A stretch of DNA of 32,000 nucleotides from Caedibacter taeniospiralis (GCF_002803295.2 NZ_PGGB02000012.1:1-32000); one strand, 5' to 3'. Counted from the stretch's first letter, positions 10,362-19,597 are shown. A program made the numbers and translations. Notes: generated by a model not told the origin, from the letters alone.

Positions 10362-10446
10362 TGCAGCTTTTTGCTGTGGATGATGAAAAAATCAGCCGAG
10401 GTTCAATGCCAGAAACTCCTGCTTTGACAGAATTTCACAGCCAATT

Positions 10447-10734
10447 TTAATGTGTGACTATGGGGATAAACTTTAAAGCAATTGGAACTAAAATAGCGAG
10501 AACGACAGTACTCATAAGCCATTTAAAATTGCTATCAATACGGTTGTCTAACTTGTCAATACGGTTGTCTAACTTGTGAATGCGACTATCAAGTCGGTCA
10601 ATATCCTTTCTTAGGCTATCAATGCTCAGATTTACTTCATTTCTTAAGGTTGAAATATCTTCTCTTGTTGCAGCGTGCATTAAGATGTCAACTAACTTAT
10701 CTTGTGTAATTGTTACTCTCATCTCGTCACTCAT
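10447..10734 (-). CDS. Small heptad-repeat coiled-coil protein with C-terminal transmembrane segment
   Basis: IDRLDSRIHKLDNRIDKLDNRIDSNFKW heptads followed by LMSTVVLAILVPIALKFI. Confidence 0.7.
   Translation of the reverse strand: MSDEMRVTITQDKLVDILMHAATREDISTLRNEVNLSIDSLRKDIDRLDSRIHKLDNRIDKLDNRIDSNFKWLMSTVVLAILVPIALKFIPIVTH
10535..10597 (-). repeat. 21-nt tandem repeat encoding the KLDNRID heptad (two perfect copies and one degenerate)
   Basis: TCAATACGGTTGTCTAACTTG occurs at 10535-10555 and 10556-10576, followed by degenerate TGAATGCGACTATCAAGTCGG at 10577-10597. Confidence 0.85.
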
Positions 10735-11007
10735 TTTGCTGCTCCCGTGAATTTATCTGGACGCTATCATAGCACTAAAGTAGTTTAAACAAAATGAGCA
10801 AATTAGCCAATTTTGGCGTATGGCTTGTCCCTTTTTGGTAGACTCAAGATCATATTTAAATGTAATTTTTTTTCTCGCTTAAAGTAAAAGAAATTTTATC
10901 AATGTGTTGCAGGTGCAAAATCAGTAAAGCTATGTTATGTTACCTCGCATGCAAGTCTTGAGGACATTATACAAAAGTAGATGCTTTTATTACAAAGGAG
11001 AGTGAGC

Positions 11008-11832
11008 ATGAAGGCAATCAGCAAGTATGTTTCTAAGAAGCCCGATTATCGGGGACTGGTGAGCTACAATGAGATTGAAAACAACACCTGGCAAACACTT
11101 ATTCAGCAGCAGCTGGAGATTGTTAAAACCAGGGCATGTGATGAATATTTGTCAGGGCTTCAGCTGTTGAATTTCCCCTTAAATCGTATTCCGCAAATAC
11201 CCGATGTTAATCAGTGCTTGCAAAAAACGACAGGATGGTCAGTTGAGCCTGTGTCGACACTGATTGGTTTTGATCGCTTTTTTAAATTATTATCTGAACG
11301 CAAGTTCCCGTGTGCGACATTTATTCGCACACCTGACGAGCTTAAATATTTACAGGGGCGAGATATATTTAATGAGCTATTTGGGCATTGCCCGATGTTG
11401 ACGCATTCTGTATATGCCGACTTTATGCAGCGTTATGGTGAGTTAGGGGTTGGTCAGCCTCATGATATCCAAAGGCTTCTTGCACGTTTTTACTGGTTTA
11501 CGGTTGAATTTGGTTTGATTAATACGCCCCAAGGTTTGCGTTGCTATGGTGGTGGGGTTCTCTCATCAATAGGGGAAACGGTTTATGCGCTAGAGGATCC
11601 TTGCGTACGTTATGAACGCTTTGATGCGCTAAATATTCTAAGGACACCGTATCTCATCGATATCTATCAACCCGTGTATTATGTCATTCGTTCATATGAG
11701 AGTATTTACAACGTGCTTAAAGATGACTTTATTGAGTTAATTAAAAAATCCCAAACACTACCAGAATTTAAGGCGCTTTATCTGCAAAAGGAAAGACTAG
11801 CTGCAGATTTGGAGCTTGAGGCAGTGAAATAA
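11008..11832 (+). CDS. phhA: Phenylalanine-4-hydroxylase (monooxygenase)
   Basis: Biopterin-dependent aromatic hydroxylase motifs FNELFGHCPML, RFYWFTVEFGLI and GGGVLSSIGE. ATG at 11008 follows AAAGGAGAG. Confidence 0.93.
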   Translation: MKAISKYVSKKPDYRGLVSYNEIENNTWQTLIQQQLEIVKTRACDEYLSGLQLLNFPLNRIPQIPDVNQCLQKTTGWSVEPVSTLIGFDRFFKLLSERKFPCATFIRTPDELKYLQGRDIFNELFGHCPMLTHSVYADFMQRYGELGVGQPHDIQRLLARFYWFTVEFGLINTPQGLRCYGGGVLSSIGETVYALEDPCVRYERFDALNILRTPYLIDIYQPVYYVIRSYESIYNVLKDDFIELIKKSQTLPEFKALYLQKERLAADLELEAVK

Positions 11833-11859
11833 ACATATTGGCTAGTTTAAGGAAGATAG

Positions 11860-12195
11860 ATGGAAAATCGGCTAGATAAAAAATGCCAGGCTTGTGAATA
11901 TGGTGATGTTGCGCCATTTAGCATTAAAGAGGCAAAACAATATCTTCAAAAAATATCACTTTGGCAGTTAAGTGCTTGTGGTAAAAAAATTTCACGTACA
12001 TTTGATTTCAAAGGTTTTTATAAAACGATGGCATTTGTCAACGCCGTGGCATGGGTTGCTAATAGCGAAGGACATCATCCTGATATGGAGATCAGTTTTA
12101 ACCGCTGTATTGTGCATTTTACAACACATGCCGTTGGTGGTTTAACGGAGAATGATTTTATTTGTGCCGCAAAGGTCGATGCGTTGTTAAGTTAA
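11860..12195 (+). CDS. phhB: Pterin-4a-carbinolamine dehydratase
   Basis: PCD/DCoH signature AWVANSEGHHPDMEISFNRCIVHFTTHAVGGLTENDF. Immediately downstream of phhA. Confidence 0.93.
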   Translation: MENRLDKKCQACEYGDVAPFSIKEAKQYLQKISLWQLSACGKKISRTFDFKGFYKTMAFVNAVAWVANSEGHHPDMEISFNRCIVHFTTHAVGGLTENDFICAAKVDALLS

Positions 12196-12220
12196 AATCC
12201 ACTACTATTAGTGTAGTGCG

Positions 12221-12280
12221 ATTGAATTTGAGGATAAGGCAGTTGCCATGCGATTCAAGGAATTGGTGCACGTTTTGTAG
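12221..12280 (+). pseudogene. Possible remnant of the C-terminus of a small GIY-YIG endonuclease
   Basis: The frame reads IEFEDKAVAMRFKELVHVL*, resembling the [EFEDKxxAxxFEKxLK] tail of small GIY-YIG proteins. Very short. Confidence 0.2.
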
Positions 12281-12439
12281 AGCGTTTTGAAGGAGACCTT
12301 AAATAAAGGTTGTCGGTTTACCCGTTGAGGTAGTGAAACAAGTGTTTGTGGACCTGGAAATTCCCATCACAAAATCATAGATTATTGATGGCAAGATCCG
12401 TACACTGTGCTCATCTAAAAAATTCTAATATTTAAAGAT

Positions 12440-13177
12440 ATGGCAATTGAGCGATTTGAGGTGCAGTTGGTTGAAACTAAACAAATTGCCCCAAATGTAA
12501 AACATCTTGTATTTAAAAAAGTCGATGGCGGCAAATTTGAGTTTGTGCCTGGTCAGTTTATTACTTTTTTATTTGACCACGAGGATGCGAAAGTAAGGAG
12601 GCGAAGTTACAGTGTGGCGAGTATTCCTGACCAGACAAATGACATTGAAATTGCTATTTCATACGTTGAGGGTGGAATAGCTTCGGAGCATTTATTTAAT
12701 ATGCAGCCAGGGGATAAGTTTAATGCCATGGGACCCGCGGGACGTCTGGTGTTAAAAGAGGACGAGAGGATTCGTAAACTTCTTTTGGTTGGAACGGGTA
12801 CTGGTATTGCCCCATATCGTGCGATGCTACCAACACTAAAAACGCTGTTAAGCGCCAATATACGGGAAGTTCATGTCTTATTGGGGGTGCAGTATCAGGT
12901 CGATGAAATTTATGCCGAGGACTTTCGTGAGTATGTTAGTAAACTGGAAAATCTGCACTTTAGTGTATGTTTAAGTCGTGAGAATAGAGCATTAGCAAAG
13001 GATGAAATCAAGGGATATGTCCAGCACTGTTTTGGAAATCTTGACCTTGATTCTAAGCAGGATGTTGTGTATTTATGTGGCAATCCTAATATGATTGATG
13101 ACTCCTTTGCCTTGCTAACAGAGCGTGGATTTGATGCAAAACGTGTGCGTCGCGAGAAATATATTTCTTCAAATTAA
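12440..13177 (+). CDS. Ferredoxin-NADP reductase / FAD-NAD(P)-binding oxidoreductase family
   Basis: RRRSYSVAS (FAD), LLVGTGTGIAPYRAML (NAD(P)), VYLCGNPNMIDD. Confidence 0.85.
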   Translation: MAIERFEVQLVETKQIAPNVKHLVFKKVDGGKFEFVPGQFITFLFDHEDAKVRRRSYSVASIPDQTNDIEIAISYVEGGIASEHLFNMQPGDKFNAMGPAGRLVLKEDERIRKLLLVGTGTGIAPYRAMLPTLKTLLSANIREVHVLLGVQYQVDEIYAEDFREYVSKLENLHFSVCLSRENRALAKDEIKGYVQHCFGNLDLDSKQDVVYLCGNPNMIDDSFALLTERGFDAKRVRREKYISSN

Positions 13178-13294
13178 TAACCCTAAATGCTTGAGAGACA
13201 ACGCGCTTTGCGTTATGATGTCGAGCGTTTTACTCTGCGGTGCCTAAGATGGGCTTAGGTGGCGGCGAGAATTTAGCTAAAGAGGTAAGTAAAC

Positions 13295-13513
13295 ATGAAT
13301 TTAGAGATTCAACCAAAATATGAAAGTGTTTCAGTAAGCTGCAGTTGTGGTAATAGGTTTGAAACGCGTTCAACTAGGTGTAAGGATATTCAGCTGGATG
13401 TGTGCTCCATGTGTCATCCGTTTTACACAGGCAAGCAACGTGTGGTTGATACTGCGGGTCGCGTAGATAGCTTCCAAAAACGCTTTGGTGACCTGAAGTC
13501 TCGTAAGTTATAG
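13295..13513 (+). CDS. rpmE: 50S ribosomal protein L31 (zinc-binding type)
   Basis: 72 aa: [12 protein letters not shown]...[30 protein letters not shown]. Confidence 0.97.
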   Translation: MNLEIQPKYESVSVSCSCGNRFETRSTRCKDIQLDVCSMCHPFYTGKQRVVDTAGRVDSFQKRFGDLKSRKL

Positions 13514-13544
13514 ATTTAATAACACAGAATCTGAATGCTATAAT

Positions 13545-13566
13545 GGCGCCGTAAAGGCGCTTTTTT
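13545..13566 (+). terminator. Rho-independent terminator downstream of rpmE
   Basis: GCGCC-GTAAA-GGCGC stem-loop immediately followed by TTTTTT. Confidence 0.85.
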
Positions 13567-13674
13567 ATTTTTATACTACGCCAAAGAATCAGGCTTGAAG
13601 ATGAGCTCTCATCGCCTTTAAATCTAGGCATTTCATACTTCGTATTAACTGGTGTTTCGTTAGGATTTAAAAAA

Positions 13675-14016
13675 TTGATGCGTAGTTCCCGTGAGTTCTC
13701 GTCCATAGGCAAAGAATTTTGCGGAAAAAATCTTGGAACGATACATACATTTCAAGGGAAGCAGTCTGATATTGTCATTTTCTTGCTAGGTGGTAATCCT
13801 AATAAATATGGGGCAATAAACTGGGTCTCAGGAACAGTAAATATGATTAACGTTATAGTTAGTCGTGCAAAGGCAGTTTTAAAAGTTGTCGGGAATAGCA
13901 ATGTTTGGGGCGCATCAGGATATGTCGCTGATGTAAATATGGCGCTGCTTAGTAGCTCACCAAAAATGTATTCTCATGATTGGGTTGAAAAACCTAAAGA
14001 CATAGCAGCGATTTAG
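13675..14016 (+). pseudogene. C-terminal remnant of a superfamily 1 (UPF1/AAA_12-like) helicase
   Basis: The 113-aa ORF has only late helicase motifs: LGTIHTFQGKQSDIVIFLLGG and GTVNMINVIVSRAKAVLKVVGN. There is no Walker A/B upstream because rpmE and its terminator directly precede it. Confidence 0.75.
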
Positions 14017-14051
14017 TTTAAAAGGTAGAAAAACAGGAGATATTTAACCAC

Positions 14052-14453
14052 ATGAGTTTTACAGTGAAGATACCAGTAAGATGGGCAGATACGGATGCTT
14101 ATCAGCACGTGAATAACAGTGTTTATTTCAGGTATTTTGAAGAAGTTCGCTTCCAGTGGCAAGAAGGGCAGTTAAGGTTTAAGCAATGGACTAAAGCACA
14201 TGCTCTGCAATTTGTCATTGCATCGCAAAAGGCAGATTATAAAAAGCCAGTTACTTATCCGAATATGCTAAAAATCAAGCAAACACCACTTATGATAAGC
14301 AACTCAAGTTTTACCTTGGCTTATGAAATCACGCTAGAGAATGACGACAATGTTTATTGTACTGGTGAGGTAAAGTTGGTTTGTTTCGATCCAAAGACAA
14401 AAAGACCTTATAAAATGCCAGATGACATTAAATCGCTATTAGAAAACGCATAG
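14052..14453 (+). CDS. Acyl-CoA thioesterase, 4HBT hot-dog family
   Basis: IPVRWADTDAYQHVNNSVYFRYFEEVRFQW signature. Confidence 0.88.
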   Translation: MSFTVKIPVRWADTDAYQHVNNSVYFRYFEEVRFQWQEGQLRFKQWTKAHALQFVIASQKADYKKPVTYPNMLKIKQTPLMISNSSFTLAYEITLENDDNVYCTGEVKLVCFDPKTKRPYKMPDDIKSLLENA

Positions 14454-14597
14454 GATGAGTTGAATATTAGGCTTCTGCGTTTAAAAATCGCAGGACTAGC
14501 TGAGCTAATTTGAACATTTTAAGTGTACACTAACGCAGAAATGCCTGAAAAGACGATGCTTTAACGAGGTTTGTATGTCGAACTCACATTAGCAACA

Positions 14598-16010
14598 CTA
14601 AAGATAGTTGTAAAAAATCTTGATCACGGCATCTTCAAACATGCGTGCCTTAACGCGCTGTTTGCGACTTAGATCATTTAACATAATTGAAAAGCTAATA
14701 AGGTGATTTTGTCTGGTAAGCAGGTAGCCTGAAAGAGTCGACACGCCAGCAAGGGTCCCTGTTTTGGCGTGTACTCGCCTTTGGAGTTTTCCGCCCATGC
14801 GATAAGCTAAACTACCATCTTCACCTGAGCTGGGAAGTGCTTGATAAAAGCGTTTACCAATACTGCTGTTATAGACTTTTGTTAATAGCTCAACCATGAA
14901 AGCAGGGGTGACCGAATCAAGCTTTGAAAGACCTGAACCATCTTCCATGTGTAGCCCACCTGTTGTGTCGATGGCATAGGTTTTTTTTATGAGTGATTCT
15001 ACGGTTTGAGTGCCTGCTGCAGTACTGCCTTGACCTAACTGGGTGTGACCGATCGTTCTCAGGAAGCTTTCAGCGTAGAGATTATCTGACTTTAGCAGCA
15101 TATGCGTAATTAAATCATCCAAAGATGCCGAAGATGTTGATGCAACTAGAGTAAGCTGAGATTTATCAGGCAACTTACCAAAAATAGTATTTCCATAATG
15201 GGAAATTCCGACCTCCGATAAAAAGCCATCAATGCTTTGTTTTGTTTTTAAAGCAGGGTTAGCAATGGCAAGCTTAAGATAAAATTCAGCTTTTTGAGGC
15301 AAACAGCCTGATAAATTAAGGACGTTGTCACGCGTCATTTGTATATCAAAAGCGCAGCTCTTACGATCACTTGCCGAGGCTAGCTTAGTCGTGTTATTGA
15401 TGGTGATATTACTGGTGTTGGCGATTTTTTTAACTTCGGTATTATTGCCACTAGTGTTCACCAGTTTAATGACAAGGCAGTTTTTATTCATATTGAGCGT
15501 GGAAGCAGGGGCTGCAAAGCAATAGGGGATATCATTTTTATCCCAACCATTAGGCGTGTAGTCACCCGAAAAATGATTTGCAATTAAGATGACATCACCG
15601 TTGATTCTTGTGATTCCATGTTGCTTGACTTGGGAAATTAAGTTATATAGTGATGCGCCAGTTAAACTAGGGTCTCCCGTAAACTCGATGTACAAGTTAC
15701 CGTTTAAAATGCCATGGTTATATTGGGCGCTTGCATAAAAAACGCTAGTGGTAAATTGGAAATTTTTAGGCAAAGCGGTGAGTGCAGCAATTGCCGTAAA
15801 TATTTTATTGTTACTTGCAGGGATAAATTGGTGGGTTTCAGAGTATGTGTAAAGCATTCCCCCTGAGCTGACTTGTTTGGCAGCAATACCGATAGACACA
15901 TCAGATAAGCGATACGTTTTCACTAAAGATTGAATTTCACTACGCATTGAGGCAAAGGATAGGGCTATTGTGCTTATAACAGCACAAGTAATAAGGATTA
16001 TCTTTTTCAC
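14598..16010 (-). CDS. dacB: D-alanyl-D-alanine carboxypeptidase/endopeptidase (PBP4, S13 family)
   Basis: SxxK (PASNNKIFTAIAAL), SxN (KSDNLYAESFLR), KTG (HAKTGTLAGVSTLSGYL) and a signal peptide. Confidence 0.93.
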   Translation of the reverse strand: MKKIILITCAVISTIALSFASMRSEIQSLVKTYRLSDVSIGIAAKQVSSGGMLYTYSETHQFIPASNNKIFTAIAALTALPKNFQFTTSVFYASAQYNHGILNGNLYIEFTGDPSLTGASLYNLISQVKQHGITRINGDVILIANHFSGDYTPNGWDKNDIPYCFAAPASTLNMNKNCLVIKLVNTSGNNTEVKKIANTSNITINNTTKLASASDRKSCAFDIQMTRDNVLNLSGCLPQKAEFYLKLAIANPALKTKQSIDGFLSEVGISHYGNTIFGKLPDKSQLTLVASTSSASLDDLITHMLLKSDNLYAESFLRTIGHTQLGQGSTAAGTQTVESLIKKTYAIDTTGGLHMEDGSGLSKLDSVTPAFMVELLTKVYNSSIGKRFYQALPSSGEDGSLAYRMGGKLQRRVHAKTGTLAGVSTLSGYLLTRQNHLISFSIMLNDLSRKQRVKARMFEDAVIKIFYNYL

Positions 16011-16098
16011 ACTAATAACTATTTTTGACTATCGATTTTTAAAGATGTCGCCGATAATAGCAAGTTTTAGAAATGATTGTAATCTGTGATTCGGCATT

Positions 16099-16464
16099 AT
16101 GTATAAGCTTAAATTAAAGAACGTTATCATAAATGCCTATTTAGGGGTTTATGACTTTGAGCAACAGACAGCCCAGGAGGTTTTGTTAGATTTGTGTGTT
16201 GCTTATCATCAGATACCCAAGGGGTGTTTCAGTGATCAACTTGAAGACACCGTGTGTTATGCTGACATTAATGCACTTTTAATTCAAACTGCATTAAAAA
16301 AACGCTATCAGTTGATAGAGCATCTGGCATACACTTTACTACATGCTGTAGTCGATATGTTGAAAGAGTACAGTGTTGATATATATCTTGAACTGCATAA
16401 AAAACCACCCTTGGATAATGTTTCTGTGGCAAGCTTTTGTGTGGAGCATTTATGTACCAGGTAG
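16099..16464 (+). CDS. folB: Dihydroneopterin aldolase
   Basis: 121 aa: LKNVIINAYLGVYDFEQQTAQEVLLDL...YADINALLIQTALKKRYQLIEHLAYTLL...LHKKPPLDNVSVASF. Confidence 0.93.
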   Translation: MYKLKLKNVIINAYLGVYDFEQQTAQEVLLDLCVAYHQIPKGCFSDQLEDTVCYADINALLIQTALKKRYQLIEHLAYTLLHAVVDMLKEYSVDIYLELHKKPPLDNVSVASFCVEHLCTR

Positions 16465-17759
16465 TGTTGGGTCTGGGGAGTAATATGGGGCAAAAGCTTC
16501 ATTATTTACGTCAAGCAGTCATGTTAATTGCACAGGAACTTGGTGAGATTAAAAAATTTTCACCGATCTATCAAACAAAAGCATTATTGCCTAATAATGC
16601 CCAGAGTAACTGGGATATTGATTATTATAATGTAGCCGTTTTAATCAGTACGACCCTCTCCCCTGAAAGGCTGCTAGATAGCATCAAGCGTATTGAAATA
16701 CAACTCGGGCGTGATCCAAATCATGCGTTTTGGTCACCAAGAGAAATTGACATTGATATTCTCTGTTACGATGACTTAGTCTATCAGAGTGAGCGGCTGC
16801 AGATCCCACATCGGTACCTGTTGGAGCGAAACTTTGCTTTACAGCCCCTCCTGGATGTATGGTCAAATTGGTGCTATTCAGAGCGCGCTATCAACCTGTA
16901 TGCCAGGCTTAAAACCATGCCAGCATTAACAATGGCACCATTTACCTTGTCTGGCAGCCAAATTATGGCAATCGTTAATTTATCGGCAGACTCGTTTTCT
17001 ACACACGCGGAAGGCGTTGTAGCGATAGAGCAATTTGCACAATATATTGTCAATCTTGTGAACTTGGGTGCGGAAGTGATTGATTTAGGTGCCGAGAGCA
17101 CAAAACCAAATGCTATTGCAAAATCAGCAGAAAATCATTGGCAGACCCTTATGCCCTATCTTGAGATTGTCAATGAGCTCGTTAAAACAAAAATACTTCC
17201 ACTTCATCTTCAGGTCAGTATTGACACGTATCATGCAGGGGTCGTTGAGAAAGCATTAGCATATGAGTGTGTGACGATGATTAATGATGTTTATGGTATT
17301 GAAGAACAAGAAATAGCAAAATTGCTCTCAAATAAACCGATAGCATATGTTTTTATGCACCAGCTGGGTAAAGCAGGTACTGAGTACTTGAGTCCAGATA
17401 GAGATCCAGTGGAGGAGCTTATTAGCTATGGGCAGGGTAAAATTACAAAACTGCTTGGCTATGGACTTAAGCGTGAGCAGTTAATTTTTGATATGGGTAT
17501 TGGTTTTGGTAAGTATCCGTATCAGGCGCAACATCTCTTGCAACATGTGGAGAAAATAAAAGCGAGTCTTGGGATAAGCCTTCTTGTCGGGCACTCACGT
17601 AAAGCTTCTGTGATGCCGTGTGTTATAGGAGCTAATAATGACCTAAAAGATCTGGCAACAGCAATGATCACCAGGTCGTTGATTCATAAAAATATCGATT
17701 ACATTCGTGTGCATAATGTCAGTTTTGCGCGCGTGGCTAAACAGTTACCCTTCATGTAG
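16452..17759 (+). CDS. Bifunctional HPPK-DHPS fusion (folK-folP)
   Basis: N-terminal HPPK (VVLGLGSNMGQKLHYLRQAV; REIDIDILCYDD), C-terminal DHPS (IMAIVNLSADSFS; GAEVIDLGAESTKP; LIFDMGIGFGK; LLVGHSRK; RVHNV). The likely ATG at 16452 overlaps folB. Confidence 0.92.
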   Translation: MYQVVLGLGSNMGQKLHYLRQAVMLIAQELGEIKKFSPIYQTKALLPNNAQSNWDIDYYNVAVLISTTLSPERLLDSIKRIEIQLGRDPNHAFWSPREIDIDILCYDDLVYQSERLQIPHRYLLERNFALQPLLDVWSNWCYSERAINLYARLKTMPALTMAPFTLSGSQIMAIVNLSADSFSTHAEGVVAIEQFAQYIVNLVNLGAEVIDLGAESTKPNAIAKSAENHWQTLMPYLEIVNELVKTKILPLHLQVSIDTYHAGVVEKALAYECVTMINDVYGIEEQEIAKLLSNKPIAYVFMHQLGKAGTEYLSPDRDPVEELISYGQGKITKLLGYGLKREQLIFDMGIGFGKYPYQAQHLLQHVEKIKASLGISLLVGHSRKASVMPCVIGANNDLKDLATAMITRSLIHKNIDYIRVHNVSFARVAKQLPFM

Positions 17760-17781
17760 GGTATAGGTGAAAATTTAAGGA

Positions 17782-18249
17782 TTATTTCTTAGTGCTTTTT
17801 AGGTTATCCCAAGACTTTTGCCAGCGATCAATGTTATCTCGAGCCACAGTATTGAAATAATCACCAGGACTCATTGCAGAGCTGTTTTTTTTGCTTAAGG
17901 CTTCAGATGTCTGCTTCTGCCCCAGGTACAAATCAAGCGTTTTATTAAAACATAACACCAGTGTGTGTTGCATGTCGGTGCCATAAGACTTAATGACATG
18001 AGCTAAAAAATCATTGCTAAACATTTGTCGTGGGCTGTTCTCTTCCAGATCATTAATTATCTGCATTAATACGCTTCGGGTGATGTCCTTACCTGTTTTG
18101 TTTTCGATAACCACAATATTTTCGTGCTCAAGAACAAGCTTATGCACCCCTTCGGTAGTGATGTAGCAACTGGTTTGAGTGTCATACAAGCGCCGATTAG
18201 GATATTTTTTAATAAAGCGGATCTTGTCTTTATCATCTTGTATTTCCAT
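17782..18249 (-). CDS. phaR: Polyhydroxyalkanoate synthesis regulator/repressor PhaR
   Basis: IRFIKKYPNRRLYDTQTSCYITTEGV is typical of the PhaR N-terminal DNA-binding domain. Confidence 0.88.
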   Translation of the reverse strand: MEIQDDKDKIRFIKKYPNRRLYDTQTSCYITTEGVHKLVLEHENIVVIENKTGKDITRSVLMQIINDLEENSPRQMFSNDFLAHVIKSYGTDMQHTLVLCFNKTLDLYLGQKQTSEALSKKNSSAMSPGDYFNTVARDNIDRWQKSWDNLKSTKK

Positions 18250-18481
18250 GAGAGATTATCGCCGTATTGAAAGAGTTTGTGGTCCTAGTCTATCACAGAT
18301 CCATGCTTATCGGTAATTAAGAAAACAGATAGAGCAAGATAGGCAATAAAGAAAGTGCGAAAGAGATGATGCAAAAATCAAAGAATATTTGAGGTTAACG
18401 CAGAGAAATCTCATTATTCTTAGCGTATTTACGTATATACTAATGGGCGTCTTTGAATAAGGGATAAGATTAGGAGAAACT

Positions 18482-19585
18482 ATGTCCAAGTTAGAGCAAG
18501 AACAGCATTCAAGCGGTTTTGAACACGGTAGAATTAAAGTCATTGGTGTTGGCGGCGGCGGTGGTAATGCCGTGAGTTACATGGTGGAAAAAGGTCTGCA
18601 GGGTGCCAAGATTTACGCCTTAAATACTGACAAACAAGCACTAGATAAAAATCTTGCTCCAAATAAGGTGCAAATAGGTGAATTTATTTCTAAAGGTTTG
18701 GGTGCTGGAGCTAACCCTGAGGTGGGTTTAAAAGCAGCTCAGGAAAGTATGCATTATATTGAAGAGGCGATTGCAGATTGTGATATGTTGTTTATTACAG
18801 CAGGGATGGGGGGAGGAACTGGAACGGGTGCTGCTGGTATTATCGCCGAGGTCGCCAAACGCAAAGGTATTGTGACTGTTGGTGTGGTGACAACTCCATT
18901 TTCTTTTGAAGGGCGCAGACGTGAAGTGGTAGCAAGACAAGGAATTTCAGCACTACAGGAGCATGTCAATTCACTTATTGTCATTCCAAATGACAAACTA
19001 CGAAAATCACTGGGTGATAAGACAACCTTAATGGCTGCATTTCATGCCGCAAATGATGTTCTCTACAATGCCATGTCGTCAATGACAGGAATTATACGTA
19101 CCCCTGGGCATATCAACGTTGACTTCGCCGATGTGAAAACAGTGATGGCTTCTCCTGGTTTAGCCGTTATCGGAACGGGACACGCAAGTGGCGAAGATCG
19201 GATATTAAAAGCAGTTGACAAAGCGATTTCATGTGATTTGTTGGAAGATATTGAGCTTAGAAATGCCAAAGGTTTGTTGGTGTGTGTCACATCAAGCAAT
19301 GATATTTCACTGGGAGAGTTTACTGAACTGGGAGATAAAGTGGCAGAGATTGCTTCTGCTGATGCGCCTGTGATTATAGGAACTTCCATCAAAGAAGATA
19401 TGGGTGATGCGGTTGATATTACGATTATCGTTACGGGTTTTGATGTTGATGTCACCACAGAGCGCTATAACACGATTCGCCAGGTAAAGGCGCAACAACA
19501 GCAGGCAGGATCACTGCATTTAAGCGAAGGTCAAACTCTTGCGCGTAAAGTCAATGTGGACGGTAAGCCCGATACAAATTCTTAA
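18482..19585 (+). CDS. FtsZ-like tubulin-family GTPase, divergent, apparently without the canonical C-terminal peptide
   Basis: IKVIGVGGGGGNAV, GLGAGANPEVG, GGGTGTGAAG, VVTTPFSFEGRRR, HINVDFADVKTVM. C-terminus ends VNVDGKPDTNS with no DIPxFL-like motif. Confidence 0.92.
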   Translation: MSKLEQEQHSSGFEHGRIKVIGVGGGGGNAVSYMVEKGLQGAKIYALNTDKQALDKNLAPNKVQIGEFISKGLGAGANPEVGLKAAQESMHYIEEAIADCDMLFITAGMGGGTGTGAAGIIAEVAKRKGIVTVGVVTTPFSFEGRRREVVARQGISALQEHVNSLIVIPNDKLRKSLGDKTTLMAAFHAANDVLYNAMSSMTGIIRTPGHINVDFADVKTVMASPGLAVIGTGHASGEDRILKAVDKAISCDLLEDIELRNAKGLLVCVTSSNDISLGEFTELGDKVAEIASADAPVIIGTSIKEDMGDAVDITIIVTGFDVDVTTERYNTIRQVKAQQQQAGSLHLSEGQTLARKVNVDGKPDTNS

Positions 19586-19597
19586 GAAATGTGCCTG

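Noticed and set aside
13374-13712. 112-aa antisense ORF overlapping rpmE
   Set aside because: More than a third lies antisense to the certain rpmE gene and across its terminator, so it is not credible as a whole gene. I only mention its N-terminal part as a possible relic.
18728-19458. Antisense ORFs within the ftsZ-like gene (18728-18940, 18754-18996, 19063-19458, 19307-19498)
   Set aside because: Fully contained opposite a confident FtsZ-family coding sequence.
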